DNA of 64,000 nt, taken from positions 1,600,001 to 1,664,000 of the forward strand of contig CBDFJF010000002.1 in the NCBI GenBank assembly GCA_965248265.1, written 5' to 3'. The DNA is from Candidatus Latescibacterota bacterium. Lineage in GTDB: Bacteria > Latescibacterota > UBA2968 > UBA8231. The notes beneath the pieces were generated by a model. That model worked only from the letters and a program-made list of their open reading frames with translations, had not been told where the DNA came from and made no database searches. Each line of letters begins with the position of its first letter. Positions within the stretch are counted from its first letter, which is position 1. This document shows, piece by piece, positions 38,032 to 48,262 of the stretch. A program made the position numbers and the translations under genes.

Positions 38032-39972
38032 ATGGAAACGTCTGCAGCAGGCCGCCTGGGGCACCAAACCACTCCCTGGTCTCGCCTGCTTTTCGATCGC
38101 ACGGTTCTTGTTCTCGGGGTCATGCTCTGTGCGGGCATAGGGGTGGCGCTGTGGAGTATTCGTCAATTCTCACATGATCTGGCCGAATCGACTGCCCTGC
38201 AGTACGCCACTCTGTACGCCAGATCGATCGAGGAGTTTCGCACGCTCTACACATCCGAGGTTGTCAGTCGAGCCAGGGATCATGGAATGGAGGTCACCCA
38301 CGACTATGCCGCTCGGGATGGAGCGATTCCGCTGCCGGCGACATTGAGCATGGCTCTGGGCAGCAGAATTGCAGAGGCTGCATCCGGGGTCGAGGTGCGG
38401 CTGTACAGTGACTACCCGTTTCCGTGGCGCACCGATGGAGGGTCGAGGGATGAATTTGAAGCGGAGGCCATGCGACAGTTGCAGCAACATCCGGAACAGC
38501 CTTTTTATCGCTTTGAAGAGTTTCGGGGGCGACTGTCTCTGCGCTACGCCACCGCAGACCTTATGCGATCCAGTTGCGTTTCTTGCCACAACACCCACCC
38601 CGACACCCCCAAGGCCGACTGGGTGGAGGGGGATGTGAGGGGAAGCCTGGAGGTCGTTTTTCCCCTGGACAACACGGTCAGCGGAATTCAGGCGAACATG
38701 TGGAATCTGTCTGCCCTTTTCGCGGTCATGGCTCTACTGGGGGTGTCCGGGTTGACTCTTGTATTTGGCCGGCTACGCCGCAATTCCGAAGAATTGGAGC
38801 AGCGGGTCGCCAGCCGCACGGCCGATCTGCTGAAGACCACGGAGGAGTTGGGGGAGAGCGAGGCGCTAAAAGGAGCCATCGTGGAAACGGCGCTGGATTG
38901 TATCGTCACCATGGATCGGGATGGAAAGATTATCGAATTCAATCCTATGGCAGAGCAAACCTTCGGATATGCCCGCGAAGATGTGATAGGTCAACCGCTG
39001 GTCGACAAGATCGTTCCCCCCCAATATCTCCGGCACACACAGGGCCTGGCACACTATCTCAAGACTGGCGAAGGGCAAGCGCTAGGCAGACGGATCGAAA
39101 TCTCTGCCCTGGGCGCCGACGGTAGAGAGTTTCCCGTAGAGTTGGCCATCACTTCCGTCAAGCCTAAGGATGGGGAAGAGGTGTTTACAGCCTTTCTTCG
39201 CGACATTGGCGAGCGCATACATGCAGAGAAGGAACTTCGCCTCGCCAAAGAGGAAGCAGAAACGGCTAACCTCATCAAGAGCGAGTTCCTCGCCAATATG
39301 TCCCACGAGCTGCGCACTCCCTTGAACGCCATCATCGGCTACAGCGAGATGTTACAGGAGGAAGCGCAGGGACTGGGACAAGACAATTTCATTCCCGATC
39401 TCGGCAGGATCAACGAGTCGGGCCATCACCTGCTGACGCTGATCAACGATGTCCTGGACCTGTCCAAGATCGAGGCAGGGAGGATGGAGGTCACTCCGGA
39501 GATCTTCGACATCTCAGAGATGATCGAGAGTGTGGTGACGACCATCCAACCCATGGCGGAGAAGACCGGTAACAACCTCGTGCTGCACGTGGACGACCCG
39601 GGGGTGATGCATGCCGACCAGACCCGCGTGCGCCAGTGTCTGATCAACCTGTTAACGAATGCTTGCAAGTTCACCGAGGCTGGCACCGTGTCGCTGGCAG
39701 TGATTCGCGAAGTAGCGGCAGGCAGAGAGGAGGTCGCGTTCCGGGTGGGGGACACGGGCATCGGACTGAGTCCTGAACAGATTGAGGATTTGTTCCAGCC
39801 GTTTGTTCAGGGGGATGCTTCAACTACAAAGGAGTATGGGGGCACAGGGTTAGGGTTGAGCATCACCCGGCAGTTCAGCCGGATGATGGGAGGGGATGTG
39901 GAGGTTGAGAGCGTGCCGGGGGTGGGGTCCACCTTTATCCTGCGGCTGCCAGCGAGGACTGAAGATGACTGA
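38032..39972 (+). CDS. Sensor histidine kinase with periplasmic DUF3365-like c-type heme domain and PAS
   Basis: TM-[IPLPAT, S.YPF, CVSCH]-TM; PAS (FNP.AE..FGY); [11 protein letters not shown]; NACKFT; GGTGLGL. Confidence 0.92.
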   Translation: METSAAGRLGHQTTPWSRLLFDRTVLVLGVMLCAGIGVALWSIRQFSHDLAESTALQYATLYARSIEEFRTLYTSEVVSRARDHGMEVTHDYAARDGAIPLPATLSMALGSRIAEAASGVEVRLYSDYPFPWRTDGGSRDEFEAEAMRQLQQHPEQPFYRFEEFRGRLSLRYATADLMRSSCVSCHNTHPDTPKADWVEGDVRGSLEVVFPLDNTVSGIQANMWNLSALFAVMALLGVSGLTLVFGRLRRNSEELEQRVASRTADLLKTTEELGESEALKGAIVETALDCIVTMDRDGKIIEFNPMAEQTFGYAREDVIGQPLVDKIVPPQYLRHTQGLAHYLKTGEGQALGRRIEISALGADGREFPVELAITSVKPKDGEEVFTAFLRDIGERIHAEKELRLAKEEAETANLIKSEFLANMSHELRTPLNAIIGYSEMLQEEAQGLGQDNFIPDLGRINESGHHLLTLINDVLDLSKIEAGRMEVTPEIFDISEMIESVVTTIQPMAEKTGNNLVLHVDDPGVMHADQTRVRQCLINLLTNACKFTEAGTVSLAVIREVAAGREEVAFRVGDTGIGLSPEQIEDLFQPFVQGDASTTKEYGGTGLGLSITRQFSRMMGGDVEVESVPGVGSTFILRLPARTEDD

Positions 39973-40030
39973 CCAGCCAAGCATCATCCCAATGGTTGAG
40001 TGGCAACAGGATGAACGCGACATACGGTAG
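39965..40030 (+). pseudogene. Decayed stub of a receiver-domain gene
   Basis: ATG overlaps kinase stop (ATGACTGA); [11 protein letters not shown] then DNA resembling D-N-E-M-N-R-D-I with indels. Confidence 0.4.
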
Positions 40031-40084
40031 CACATCGTGAATAGAACGCCGTTGCGGATCTGAGGGGACTGGGCCTCGGACCTG

Positions 40085-40450
40085 TCAGGTCCCGATGGAG
40101 CACTCCTTTGGAAGAATACGCTGGATCATGTCTCGCAGGTGCTCGAGGCGAAACGGTTTCCTCAGGAAGAAGACCCCTTCGAGTCCCTGCACGCTGTCAC
40201 GAAAACTTCCGGAAATGATGATGAAAGGGAGTTTGGGGAAGCGGGCGCGGCAGCGGTCCAGCAGGGATTTGCCGTTGAGCTTCGGCATGGCATAGTCGCT
40301 AATAACGAGATCGAAGCGCTCGAGCAGTGCCATCGACAACGCTTGCTCACCATCCTCGGCCTCCCACACCTTCCAGGACAGTGCTTCGAAGGCACGTCTG
40401 AGCATGTGCCTGATGGCCGGTTCATCGTCTGCGATCAGTATCTTTGTCAT
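40085..40450 (-). CDS. Single-domain response regulator (CheY-like)
   Basis: ILIADDE, DLVISD..MP, IISG, KPF; GAGGAGG RBS. Confidence 0.92.
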   Translation of the reverse strand: MTKILIADDEPAIRHMLRRAFEALSWKVWEAEDGEQALSMALLERFDLVISDYAMPKLNGKSLLDRCRARFPKLPFIIISGSFRDSVQGLEGVFFLRKPFRLEHLRDMIQRILPKECSIGT

Positions 40451-40591
40451 CAGTCGTACCTCCTCCTCAGAGCACAGCCAGTGGGCCGTGCTTCACTAGT
40501 ATTATCGGCATCAGACGGAGGTAAGTCCGTGTGCACTATCACCGAGACACGGTGTGCCATATCACCGTTTGGAGAAATCAGTGGTGTTTTG

Positions 40592-40607
40592 TGTGATCTT
40601 CTTCACA
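40592..40607. promoter_or_regulatory. CRP/FNR-family-type binding site
   Basis: Perfect TGTGA-N6-TCACA in divergent intergenic region. Confidence 0.55.
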
Positions 40608-40659
40608 CTCCTCTTGTCGTCGACTCGGCATGGCTTTATCTATCGAGTAACCGAACAAC

Positions 40660-41181
40660 ATGCGTACTCTCGACTTCCTGACACCGTGTTTGCTCGCCGG
40701 CATACTCTGCGGCTGCGATCACGGGCTTGATCCGGCTCCTCCCGGTCCCACCGGGATTGCGGGGCAGATTGTGTTCGAGGGGGAGTGGCCAAATCACGTG
40801 GCTCAGGTGGCGGTTGTCGTGTACGCCCAGCAACCGGAGACCGTGAGCGATTTCGGCAACCTGGCCGGCTGGGATACAGACGTGCCGTTGGGAGTTGCTG
40901 CATACGACTATCTGATTGAAATCCAGGGGGAGGGCGAGTACGGTTGGGTCGTCGTCGTATGGCGAGCCGAGGATCAGCTGTGGAACTTCACGTCCCTCCT
41001 CGACTGCTTCCGACGGGACGGTGCATCGACAATCGGCGCCGTGACCGTGGTGCGAGGTGAGATCAGCGAGCAGGTTGATATTACAGTCGACCTGGACGTG
41101 ATCGCTGCGCCGATTCCTTTGAAGGAATGGTCCTGCACCCGTGATCTTCCCGACGAAATCATCGAGCTGGCAGGAGGATAG
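40660..41181 (+). CDS. Lipoprotein associated with TonB-dependent receptor
   Basis: LCGC lipobox, CDHGLDP; stop 5 nt before receptor start. Confidence 0.75.
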   Translation: MRTLDFLTPCLLAGILCGCDHGLDPAPPGPTGIAGQIVFEGEWPNHVAQVAVVVYAQQPETVSDFGNLAGWDTDVPLGVAAYDYLIEIQGEGEYGWVVVVWRAEDQLWNFTSLLDCFRRDGASTIGAVTVVRGEISEQVDITVDLDVIAAPIPLKEWSCTRDLPDEIIELAGG

Positions 41182-41186
41182 GTGGG

Positions 41187-43475
41187 ATGCGTCTCTGGTC
41201 GCTCGCCTCATCACTCATATTGATCGCCCTCATACTCTCAGGGACGGGACGGGTCTGCGCGGGGGACTGGTCCGGGCGCGTCATCGATTCCGAGACTGGT
41301 CAACCCGTGGGCGGGGCCAATGGCGTTATCGTCGGCACCATGTTCGCAGAGCAAACTGACGAAGATGGTCGCTTCCTCTTCGCTGACCTGCCAGGGGGTC
41401 GCTACGACCTGATCGTTTCTCACGTCGGTTTCCGCTCTCACAAACTGACTTCCGTGGCCGTGCCCGAGCAGGGAACGGCGGAGGTCGATATTGAACTGAT
41501 CGCCGATCCACTGGTGCTTGCCGATGTCGTGGTCTCCGCCACGCGCACGGCACAGCAGGTGGAGCGCGCCCCGGTCAGTATGTCCGTCCTCGACCAGCAG
41601 GAACTGGCCAGCTACAACACAATCAATATAGCGGATCCGCTGGACCACCTGCCGGGTGTGGTCAAGATCGGCAGCCAGATGAACATCCGCGGTTCCAGCG
41701 GCTACAGCCGGGGCACCGGGAGCAGAGTACTGCTGCTGATGGATGGATTCCCGATGCTGTCAGCCGATAACGGGGACATCAAGTGGGATATCGTTCCCGT
41801 CGACGAAGTGGCACGCGTGGAGGTCGTGAAAGGGGCTGGATCGGCACTCTATGGCACAGGCGCGTTGGGTGGCGTCGTCAACGTGATTACCCGCCGGCCA
41901 CAGGCACAGCCGCAAACGCGTTTCCGGGCGGTCAGTGGACTCCACAGCCAACCGGCATACCGCAGTTGGCGCTGGCGGGATCAGCCCATGTACATGGCCG
42001 GTTTCGACCTTAGCCACAGCCGTCGAGTGGGTGACACCGACGTGCTGGTTTCGACCGGCGCGAAAAACGGCACCGGGTACCAGGAGAACGGCGACTTTCG
42101 CCGTGTACATCTGTTCGCCAAGGCGGAGCACCGGCTCTCCTCCAGGGTTCTGTGGACCGGTCTGACTACCTACGCCGTCGACGATCACGGTGTATTCCTG
42201 CAATGGAAAGACAGGACGGAGCCGCTGAAGGTGCCGGAAGCGGACCGTTCAGCCTCCACGGTTTCGTGGAAACTCGGCCTGGCCTCGCAGCTGTCGTACC
42301 TGCCCAGCATCGATACCGGCATCGAACTGAGGAATTCCTACTTCCGCACCGACTTCGACAACTCGGACGCAGCGGCCGGCCTGGGTTCGGTGGGACACAA
42401 GATCGGGACGGATTTGCGGCTGGATCACGCCATCGCCGAGAACGCTGACCTGAAGGTCGGTGGTGGCGGGATTATCGACCTGGTGAATTCGCCCGGTGAC
42501 TTTCTCGGACGCCGCAGCGCTGCTAATCTCGCCATGTACAGCCAGCTGACCTACGAGCCGAGTCCGGTAGCCGAGGTCCTGCTCGGCCTCCGTTACGACG
42601 CTTACCAGCGCAGTGCTGGCGAAGCTTCGGCGACGAATTCTCTGTGTGGTGGGGAGTTCGCCATCGGCGACAACGGCGACAGGAGGGAGCACCAACTGAG
42701 TCCTCAGCTGGGTCTTACGATGCAACCTCTGTCTGCAACATGGCTGCGAGCCTCAGTGAGCCGGGGCTTCCGGTCGCCGTCGGTGACGGAGGTTCATGCT
42801 CAAGCCGATGCTGCCGGGATCCTGGTGTGCCCGAATCCGGATCTGGGCTCTGAACGCAGCCGCTCCTTCGAGGTTGGTGCCAGGCAGCGGATCGGCTCCC
42901 TGGCGAGTGTTGATCTGGCCCTCTTCTGGAATACCTACGACGGCTTGATTGAGGCGAGACCCGAGCCGTTGGAGGACAGCGGTGTCGCCCGCGCCCGCTT
43001 TCGCAACATCTCTCGTGCTCGCGTCCGCGGTATCGAGGTCGAGCAGAGAGCGACGCTGCCCCGTGGGTTGCAGTTGAAGGTCGCCTACACCTACCTCGAC
43101 GCAATCGAGTTCCTGGAGGACGGCACACCGCTGCCGCCCTTCTGCCAGGAGGGCTTGGTGCCGGGTGAGGAAGCCCCTCTGCCCTTCCGCCCGCGCCACG
43201 CGGCCAGCGCGGGGTTGGCCAGCTTTCTTGGCAGCTACCGCGGTGGAATTGACTTCCGTTACATGAGCCGTTTCGAACGGGTCTCCGGACTGTTCGCCGA
43301 ATGTGACCGCGATCATCTTCCGGTGTACCTGGTGGATGTATTCGCCGGCCGCTCCCTCGGCAGGTTGCAGCTCACCCTGCGGGTCGACAATCTTCTGCAG
43401 TACCACTACCTGCTCACGGAGCGGAAAGTCAGGCCGACACGCACATTGACGTTCGCTGTCAGTGGCGACCTGTGA
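41187..43475 (+). CDS. TonB-dependent receptor with N-terminal carboxypeptidase-regulatory-like domain
   Basis: VVVSATR, LPGV, IRG, VEVVKGAGSALYG.GALGGVVNVIT, GFRSP, NP.L..E.S, DNL. Confidence 0.92.
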   Translation: MRLWSLASSLILIALILSGTGRVCAGDWSGRVIDSETGQPVGGANGVIVGTMFAEQTDEDGRFLFADLPGGRYDLIVSHVGFRSHKLTSVAVPEQGTAEVDIELIADPLVLADVVVSATRTAQQVERAPVSMSVLDQQELASYNTINIADPLDHLPGVVKIGSQMNIRGSSGYSRGTGSRVLLLMDGFPMLSADNGDIKWDIVPVDEVARVEVVKGAGSALYGTGALGGVVNVITRRPQAQPQTRFRAVSGLHSQPAYRSWRWRDQPMYMAGFDLSHSRRVGDTDVLVSTGAKNGTGYQENGDFRRVHLFAKAEHRLSSRVLWTGLTTYAVDDHGVFLQWKDRTEPLKVPEADRSASTVSWKLGLASQLSYLPSIDTGIELRNSYFRTDFDNSDAAAGLGSVGHKIGTDLRLDHAIAENADLKVGGGGIIDLVNSPGDFLGRRSAANLAMYSQLTYEPSPVAEVLLGLRYDAYQRSAGEASATNSLCGGEFAIGDNGDRREHQLSPQLGLTMQPLSATWLRASVSRGFRSPSVTEVHAQADAAGILVCPNPDLGSERSRSFEVGARQRIGSLASVDLALFWNTYDGLIEARPEPLEDSGVARARFRNISRARVRGIEVEQRATLPRGLQLKVAYTYLDAIEFLEDGTPLPPFCQEGLVPGEEAPLPFRPRHAASAGLASFLGSYRGGIDFRYMSRFERVSGLFAECDRDHLPVYLVDVFAGRSLGRLQLTLRVDNLLQYHYLLTERKVRPTRTLTFAVSGDL

Positions 43476-43694
43476 GAACGGATTCTTACCAATCAATAGC
43501 GGCCTGATGGTCTGCCAGCATAGGGTTCGGGTGACCGACCTCACGTTTGGCAAAGCACCCAGGGATTAGGTTCCTAGGCGGCAGGCGATTTTCGACTATC
43601 GAAAACGCACCATTCCGACTTATACTGTCGAGTCCAGTAGTTTCTGAGGGAGGACAATCCAACCGATGCATGGCGCATCGTGGGAAGGCAACCG

Positions 43695-44768
43695 ATGAAA
43701 AGTCTACACCAACGAATAGTACACGGTACACTGACCATCGCACTGTGCATTCTCGCTCTGCCCGTCAATACCCTGTCCCAGACCGAGGGTGGTTTCAGCC
43801 TGGGGCTGCGGGCAGGAGGGTTGAAAGGCAGCACCGAACTCACGGACAAGGCCAATGTGCAGGCTGGCCTGGCCCTGCGACATCCACTGAGCGGCCGACT
43901 GCTGTGGGAGTTGGATGCTGGGTTTGCCAAACTTGACGGTTCCAGCTACGCCACCAACATGGCGATGGGGGAGCTGCGATTTCTATTCGCGAAGCGCTCA
44001 GGCCGGGTGCGGCCCTTGGTCTACGTGGGGGCGGGAGCCACACGCTACACCCTCAAGACTTCCCCGCCCGAACGAACTGCCGACGTCGACCCCCTCGGGA
44101 CCGCAGGCATCGTCCCCGCTGGACTGGGCCTCCAGTTCGTGCTCGGAAATTCAGCCGCCCTCGAGATCCTGGGTGGGTATACCTATTCGCTGGTTGACGA
44201 TCTCAATGGTGCGACCACCGAAAAGGGCAACGACTCCTTCTTGGGACTGACCGTCGGTCTGACCTTCGGCAACTTCGGTCCCGGCGAGCGTGAAGAGCCT
44301 GCGTTGGAGGTGCCGTCGCCGCCTGTTGTTCTGCCTCCAGTTGAAATCAAGCCTGAATTCGAGGTGGTCGAGCCGATTGAAGAGCCGCCACCTGAGCCGG
44401 TCGTCGTGACGCCACCCGAGATCGTGGAGGAGATGCCGGCGCCACCTGGACTGGTCCTGGCCCCCGTGTACTTCGCCACCGGCAGTGCCAGGGTAGGCCC
44501 CAATGGCAGGAGCTTGATCGCCGAGTTCGTGAAGACGATTGAAGACCACGAAGTGGTTCTGCTGGAGGTGCGGGGCTATGCTGACACCAGGGGATCACGG
44601 GGTCGGAACCTGAGGTTGGCGATGCAGCGTGCAGCGGCGGTGAAGGCGGTCCTGGTGGATGAGGGCATCGACGGGTGGCAGATCACCATCCTGGCCATAG
44701 GCGAGACCCCGCCGTTGGAGGAAGGAATCTGGCACAGCCGCCGAGTGGAGATCGTGCCAGTTGAATAG
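43695..44768 (+). CDS. OmpA-family protein (beta-barrel + Pro/Glu linker + PG-binding domain)
   Basis: Signal peptide; VYFATGS, GYADTRG....N..LA..RA..V, SRRVEI. Confidence 0.88.
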   Translation: MKSLHQRIVHGTLTIALCILALPVNTLSQTEGGFSLGLRAGGLKGSTELTDKANVQAGLALRHPLSGRLLWELDAGFAKLDGSSYATNMAMGELRFLFAKRSGRVRPLVYVGAGATRYTLKTSPPERTADVDPLGTAGIVPAGLGLQFVLGNSAALEILGGYTYSLVDDLNGATTEKGNDSFLGLTVGLTFGNFGPGEREEPALEVPSPPVVLPPVEIKPEFEVVEPIEEPPPEPVVVTPPEIVEEMPAPPGLVLAPVYFATGSARVGPNGRSLIAEFVKTIEDHEVVLLEVRGYADTRGSRGRNLRLAMQRAAAVKAVLVDEGIDGWQITILAIGETPPLEEGIWHSRRVEIVPVE

Positions 44769-46146
44769 CATCGATCAACATCACCTGCTGACGGATCAGC
44801 AGATGCAGCAGTTCATACGGAAGGGGTATATCGCCGTCAGCATCGATATCCCGCCCGCCTTTCACCAGTCCATCCGACGGCAGATGGATGATCTGCTGGA
44901 GCAGGAGCCGAATCCCGGCAACAATCTGCTGCCTCGCATTCCCGACCTGGCTCAGATCTATGAGGATGATGCCGTCGTGGGTGCGCTTCAAAGCATTCTG
45001 GGTCCGGATTACCAGATGGAGGATCACCGTTATCCCCACGTTAACCAACCCGGTAGCGAGCCACAGAAAATTCACAAGGATGGTGCGCAGCGTGGCGACC
45101 ATCGGGTGCGCCATGCCTTCGGTTTCTATTATCCCCAGGACACACCGGAGACCCTCGGACCGACGGGTGTTTTGCCGGGAAGTCAGTACTTCAGCGAGCA
45201 ACCGCAAATCCCGGTGTTGCCACTGGTCGCCGAGATGGGTGTCGTCATCATCGCACACTACGAGATCTTCCATCTGGCGACAGCCAACCAGGAGGACCGT
45301 GCCCGCTACATGATGAAGTTCCAGTTCACGAGGACGGATGAACCGGAGACCCCATCATGGAATCTTGCTGAGCCGGAGTGGAAAACGGACAGCCGGATGC
45401 ACCAGGCCATCTGGGGGTGGCATCTGGGCGGCGGATCGCCCAATGGGGGCGGTCCGTCCAATGCTGAAGAGTTGGATCGAGATGTGCTGACGAGACAGCT
45501 CGCCGATCCGTCGGAGGCGGTGCGCAACGAGGCCGCCTATAGCCTCGCCGTGCTGGCCGGTCAGAATGATGACGTCATCGATGATCTGGTGAGTGCGTTG
45601 AAGGGTGCAGACAACAAGGCCGCGCAAAGTGCCGTGTACGGTCTTGCTGCAATTGGCGCTGCTGCGGTCGAGCGCTTGGTCCCGTTGTTGGATGATGCCG
45701 ATGATGACATCGTTCGCTTCGCCGTTCATGCGCTTGGCGAGATGGGAACGGCGGCGGCGGATGCGGAAGCGGCGTTGCGTGGCAGGCTCGCCAATGAGGA
45801 TGCGACCATTCGGTGTCGGGCAGCGGAGGCCCTGGGGAACTGCCAGGGATCGCAGCCGAATCAGACAATACCGGCGTTGATTGAGCTTCTCGACGATCCA
45901 GACAAGGGCGTGCCTCGAGTGGCGGCGGCTTCAATCAACAGGCTGGCGGGTCATCCTGAGACGGATGCTTCGACCGCTGTGATTCAGGATCTCAAGCGGG
46001 CGCTGTCCAACGACGATCGGTACGTGCGCGGGTTAGCTGCCAAAGCACTCCAGCGCTTGGGCACACCGGAGGCGATGGGGATCGTCATCGATTGGCTGCA
46101 GGTGTCGCGGTGGTGTCCGCTGACGACGGCCAAGAGTCCGTTTTAG
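44761..46146 (+). CDS. PhyH-type dioxygenase fused to HEAT repeats
   Basis: HKD, GPTGVLPGSQ, FH; C-terminal VR..AA.AL repeats. Confidence 0.8.
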   Translation: MNSIDQHHLLTDQQMQQFIRKGYIAVSIDIPPAFHQSIRRQMDDLLEQEPNPGNNLLPRIPDLAQIYEDDAVVGALQSILGPDYQMEDHRYPHVNQPGSEPQKIHKDGAQRGDHRVRHAFGFYYPQDTPETLGPTGVLPGSQYFSEQPQIPVLPLVAEMGVVIIAHYEIFHLATANQEDRARYMMKFQFTRTDEPETPSWNLAEPEWKTDSRMHQAIWGWHLGGGSPNGGGPSNAEELDRDVLTRQLADPSEAVRNEAAYSLAVLAGQNDDVIDDLVSALKGADNKAAQSAVYGLAAIGAAAVERLVPLLDDADDDIVRFAVHALGEMGTAAADAEAALRGRLANEDATIRCRAAEALGNCQGSQPNQTIPALIELLDDPDKGVPRVAAASINRLAGHPETDASTAVIQDLKRALSNDDRYVRGLAAKALQRLGTPEAMGIVIDWLQVSRWCPLTTAKSPF

Positions 46147-46151
46147 CTGCT

Positions 46152-47363
46152 TCAAGCGCTGCGGAAGATGGCGCTTTCCCTCCCGAACATTTTCGAACAC
46201 ACCAGCAGACTCAGCGCGGCCAGGGCGATCAACGAGGCGTAGACCATGGCCAGCAGTGGCGCCGTGGCCGCTCCGGCGATAATAGCCTTGATCGCCATCG
46301 AGACATTGAGGATTGGAATCAGGGAGGTCGTCGTGCTCAGCTCCATGCCCGGGACCACGCCCGCATAGACGGGTATGATCGAAACCATGATCAACGGCAT
46401 CAATAGGCTCTGGGCTTCCTTGAAGGATTTGGCATAGATCGAAAGGGAAAGGGCTACGGCGGCGAAAAAGATCGTCAGTGGCAGCAGCAGGGAGAACACG
46501 GCGAGGATTGTGGTCCATTCCAGCACGGCGGCGATTCCGGTCTGCACCTGCTCAGGTATCTGGGCCACCGAGCGAAAACCGATATAGAGTCCGAACATGG
46601 AAACGCCGGCGCTGAAAAACCCGTTGCCGACTACGACGATGAATTTCCCGATCAGAATCTGAAGCCTTGTTGCCGGGCACGTCAGCAGGGTTTCCAGCGT
46701 GCCGCGTTCCTTCTCTCCGGCGGCCAGGTCGGTGGCCGGGTGCAGACAACCTGTCAGCGAAAAGATGATGAACAGGTAGGGCAGGAACCCGCCAATGAGA
46801 CCGGCAAGCCGCTCCTTTTCGGACGCCAGATTGTGTTGGGCGATCTCCAGCGGCTCGAGGTCTTTTGGGTCGATTCCAAGCGTGACGAGCCGGCGCTCGT
46901 ACAACCGGTCCTTGTAGGTATCCAGCATGCCAATGATGCGCCCTTTTTCGACGCGTCCTTTGTCTGTCTCTTTGAAGTAGACGGACACCTGTGCAGGCAC
47001 GCCACGTTCGAGCTGATCGTCAAAGTCCGGATCGAAGTGAATGATGGCATCGACGTCCTCTGCTTCGACGAGCTCGCGGCCTTCCTCGAGGGAAACATCC
47101 TCACGCAGTTCAATCGTACCCGCATCACTAGGTTGGTCTATTTCATCCTGGAGAATCTGTCGAAACTCTGAGGCGCCTCCATTGCTGATCAGCGCAACCG
47201 TGAGGGTGCGCTGTTGGGCCTTCTCGTGCTGAGTCGTGATCACCTTCTCCATGACGTTGAATAGGATCGGAAACAGCAGCAGTGGCACCACGAGATTCGT
47301 AATGAGGGTGCGCCGGTCGCGGACGATGTCGAGGAATTCCTTCCTGGCCAGGGTGAAGATCAT
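46152..47363 (-). CDS. natB: ABC transporter permease, NatB-like
   Basis: KE..D..RDRRT, AGEKERGTLETLL..P, KSFKEAQ. Confidence 0.85.
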   Translation of the reverse strand: MIFTLARKEFLDIVRDRRTLITNLVVPLLLFPILFNVMEKVITTQHEKAQQRTLTVALISNGGASEFRQILQDEIDQPSDAGTIELREDVSLEEGRELVEAEDVDAIIHFDPDFDDQLERGVPAQVSVYFKETDKGRVEKGRIIGMLDTYKDRLYERRLVTLGIDPKDLEPLEIAQHNLASEKERLAGLIGGFLPYLFIIFSLTGCLHPATDLAAGEKERGTLETLLTCPATRLQILIGKFIVVVGNGFFSAGVSMFGLYIGFRSVAQIPEQVQTGIAAVLEWTTILAVFSLLLPLTIFFAAVALSLSIYAKSFKEAQSLLMPLIMVSIIPVYAGVVPGMELSTTTSLIPILNVSMAIKAIIAGAATAPLLAMVYASLIALAALSLLVCSKMFGRESAIFRSA

Positions 47364-48133
47364 GCCGGCGGCTCCTCGATGTAGCGGATGAATTCCTCTT
47401 CCATGGAATCACTTGCCGCATGAGCACGGAAGTCCTCGTAGGTGCCGTTGTACGACAGGGCACCCTTGTGGATGATCGCCAGATCGTCACTGAGCAGGCT
47501 GACCTCGCCCATGATGTGGGTGGAAAAGATGACGGTCTTGCCCTGCTCGCGGCAGCGGCGGATCATGTCGATGATGGTCCGCGAGGTGATCACGTCGAGG
47601 CCGACCGTAGGCTCGTCGAAGACGACGACTTGAGGGTCGTGGATCATCGTCCGCGCGATCGAGACTTTCTGGGTCATGCCGGTGGACAGCTTGCCGATGC
47701 GCTTGCTGGCGAAGTCGTGCATGTCGAGAGTGGTGAAAAGCTCATCCGCGCGTGCTTCAAAGGTGGCTGCGTCAACGCCATGAACATCGGCGTAGAACTT
47801 GACGACCTCTTTTGGCGTTAGCCGGTCGTAGAGTTTCGTCGAGCCGGTGAGAAAACCGATATGCCGGCGCACCTGAACGGCATCGCTGACGGAGTCATGC
47901 CCGCAAACTGTAATGGTGCCGGATGAGGGCTTCATTAGCGTCGCGATCATCCGCAGGGTTGTGGTCTTGCCAGCGCCGTTGGGACCCAACAGTGTAAAGA
48001 TGCGGCCTGGCCGACAGCTGAGAGAGATTCCCGCCACGGCGTGGGCGTAGCCGCCCTCGTGCTCGGAGCCGATCTCCTTCCTCTGCCGGCGCGACAGCTT
48101 GAAGGTTTTGAACAGGTCGCGGATGTCGATCAT
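47360..48133 (-). CDS. natA: ABC transporter ATP-binding protein, NatA-like
   Basis: GPNGAGKTT, LSTGM.QKV, VFDEPT.GLD, STH. Confidence 0.9.
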   Translation of the reverse strand: MIDIRDLFKTFKLSRRQRKEIGSEHEGGYAHAVAGISLSCRPGRIFTLLGPNGAGKTTTLRMIATLMKPSSGTITVCGHDSVSDAVQVRRHIGFLTGSTKLYDRLTPKEVVKFYADVHGVDAATFEARADELFTTLDMHDFASKRIGKLSTGMTQKVSIARTMIHDPQVVVFDEPTVGLDVITSRTIIDMIRRCREQGKTVIFSTHIMGEVSLLSDDLAIIHKGALSYNGTYEDFRAHAASDSMEEEFIRYIEEPPA

Positions 48134-48262
48134 TGGCGCTGGTTAGGTGATCTGGGGGTAGTGGGTGGCTCGGGTTCAGGCGAGCAATAATACGATGTCG
48201 ACAGGTCTGCGACCACATCGACAGACGGGTTGCGCAAAACAGCCCACAACTGGAATTCTGCG

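Noticed and set aside
43500-43585. Possible c-di-GMP riboswitch (GGCAAA) upstream of OmpA
   Set aside because: Lacks the GNRA-capped P2 stem and the following GCAAA/receptor elements.
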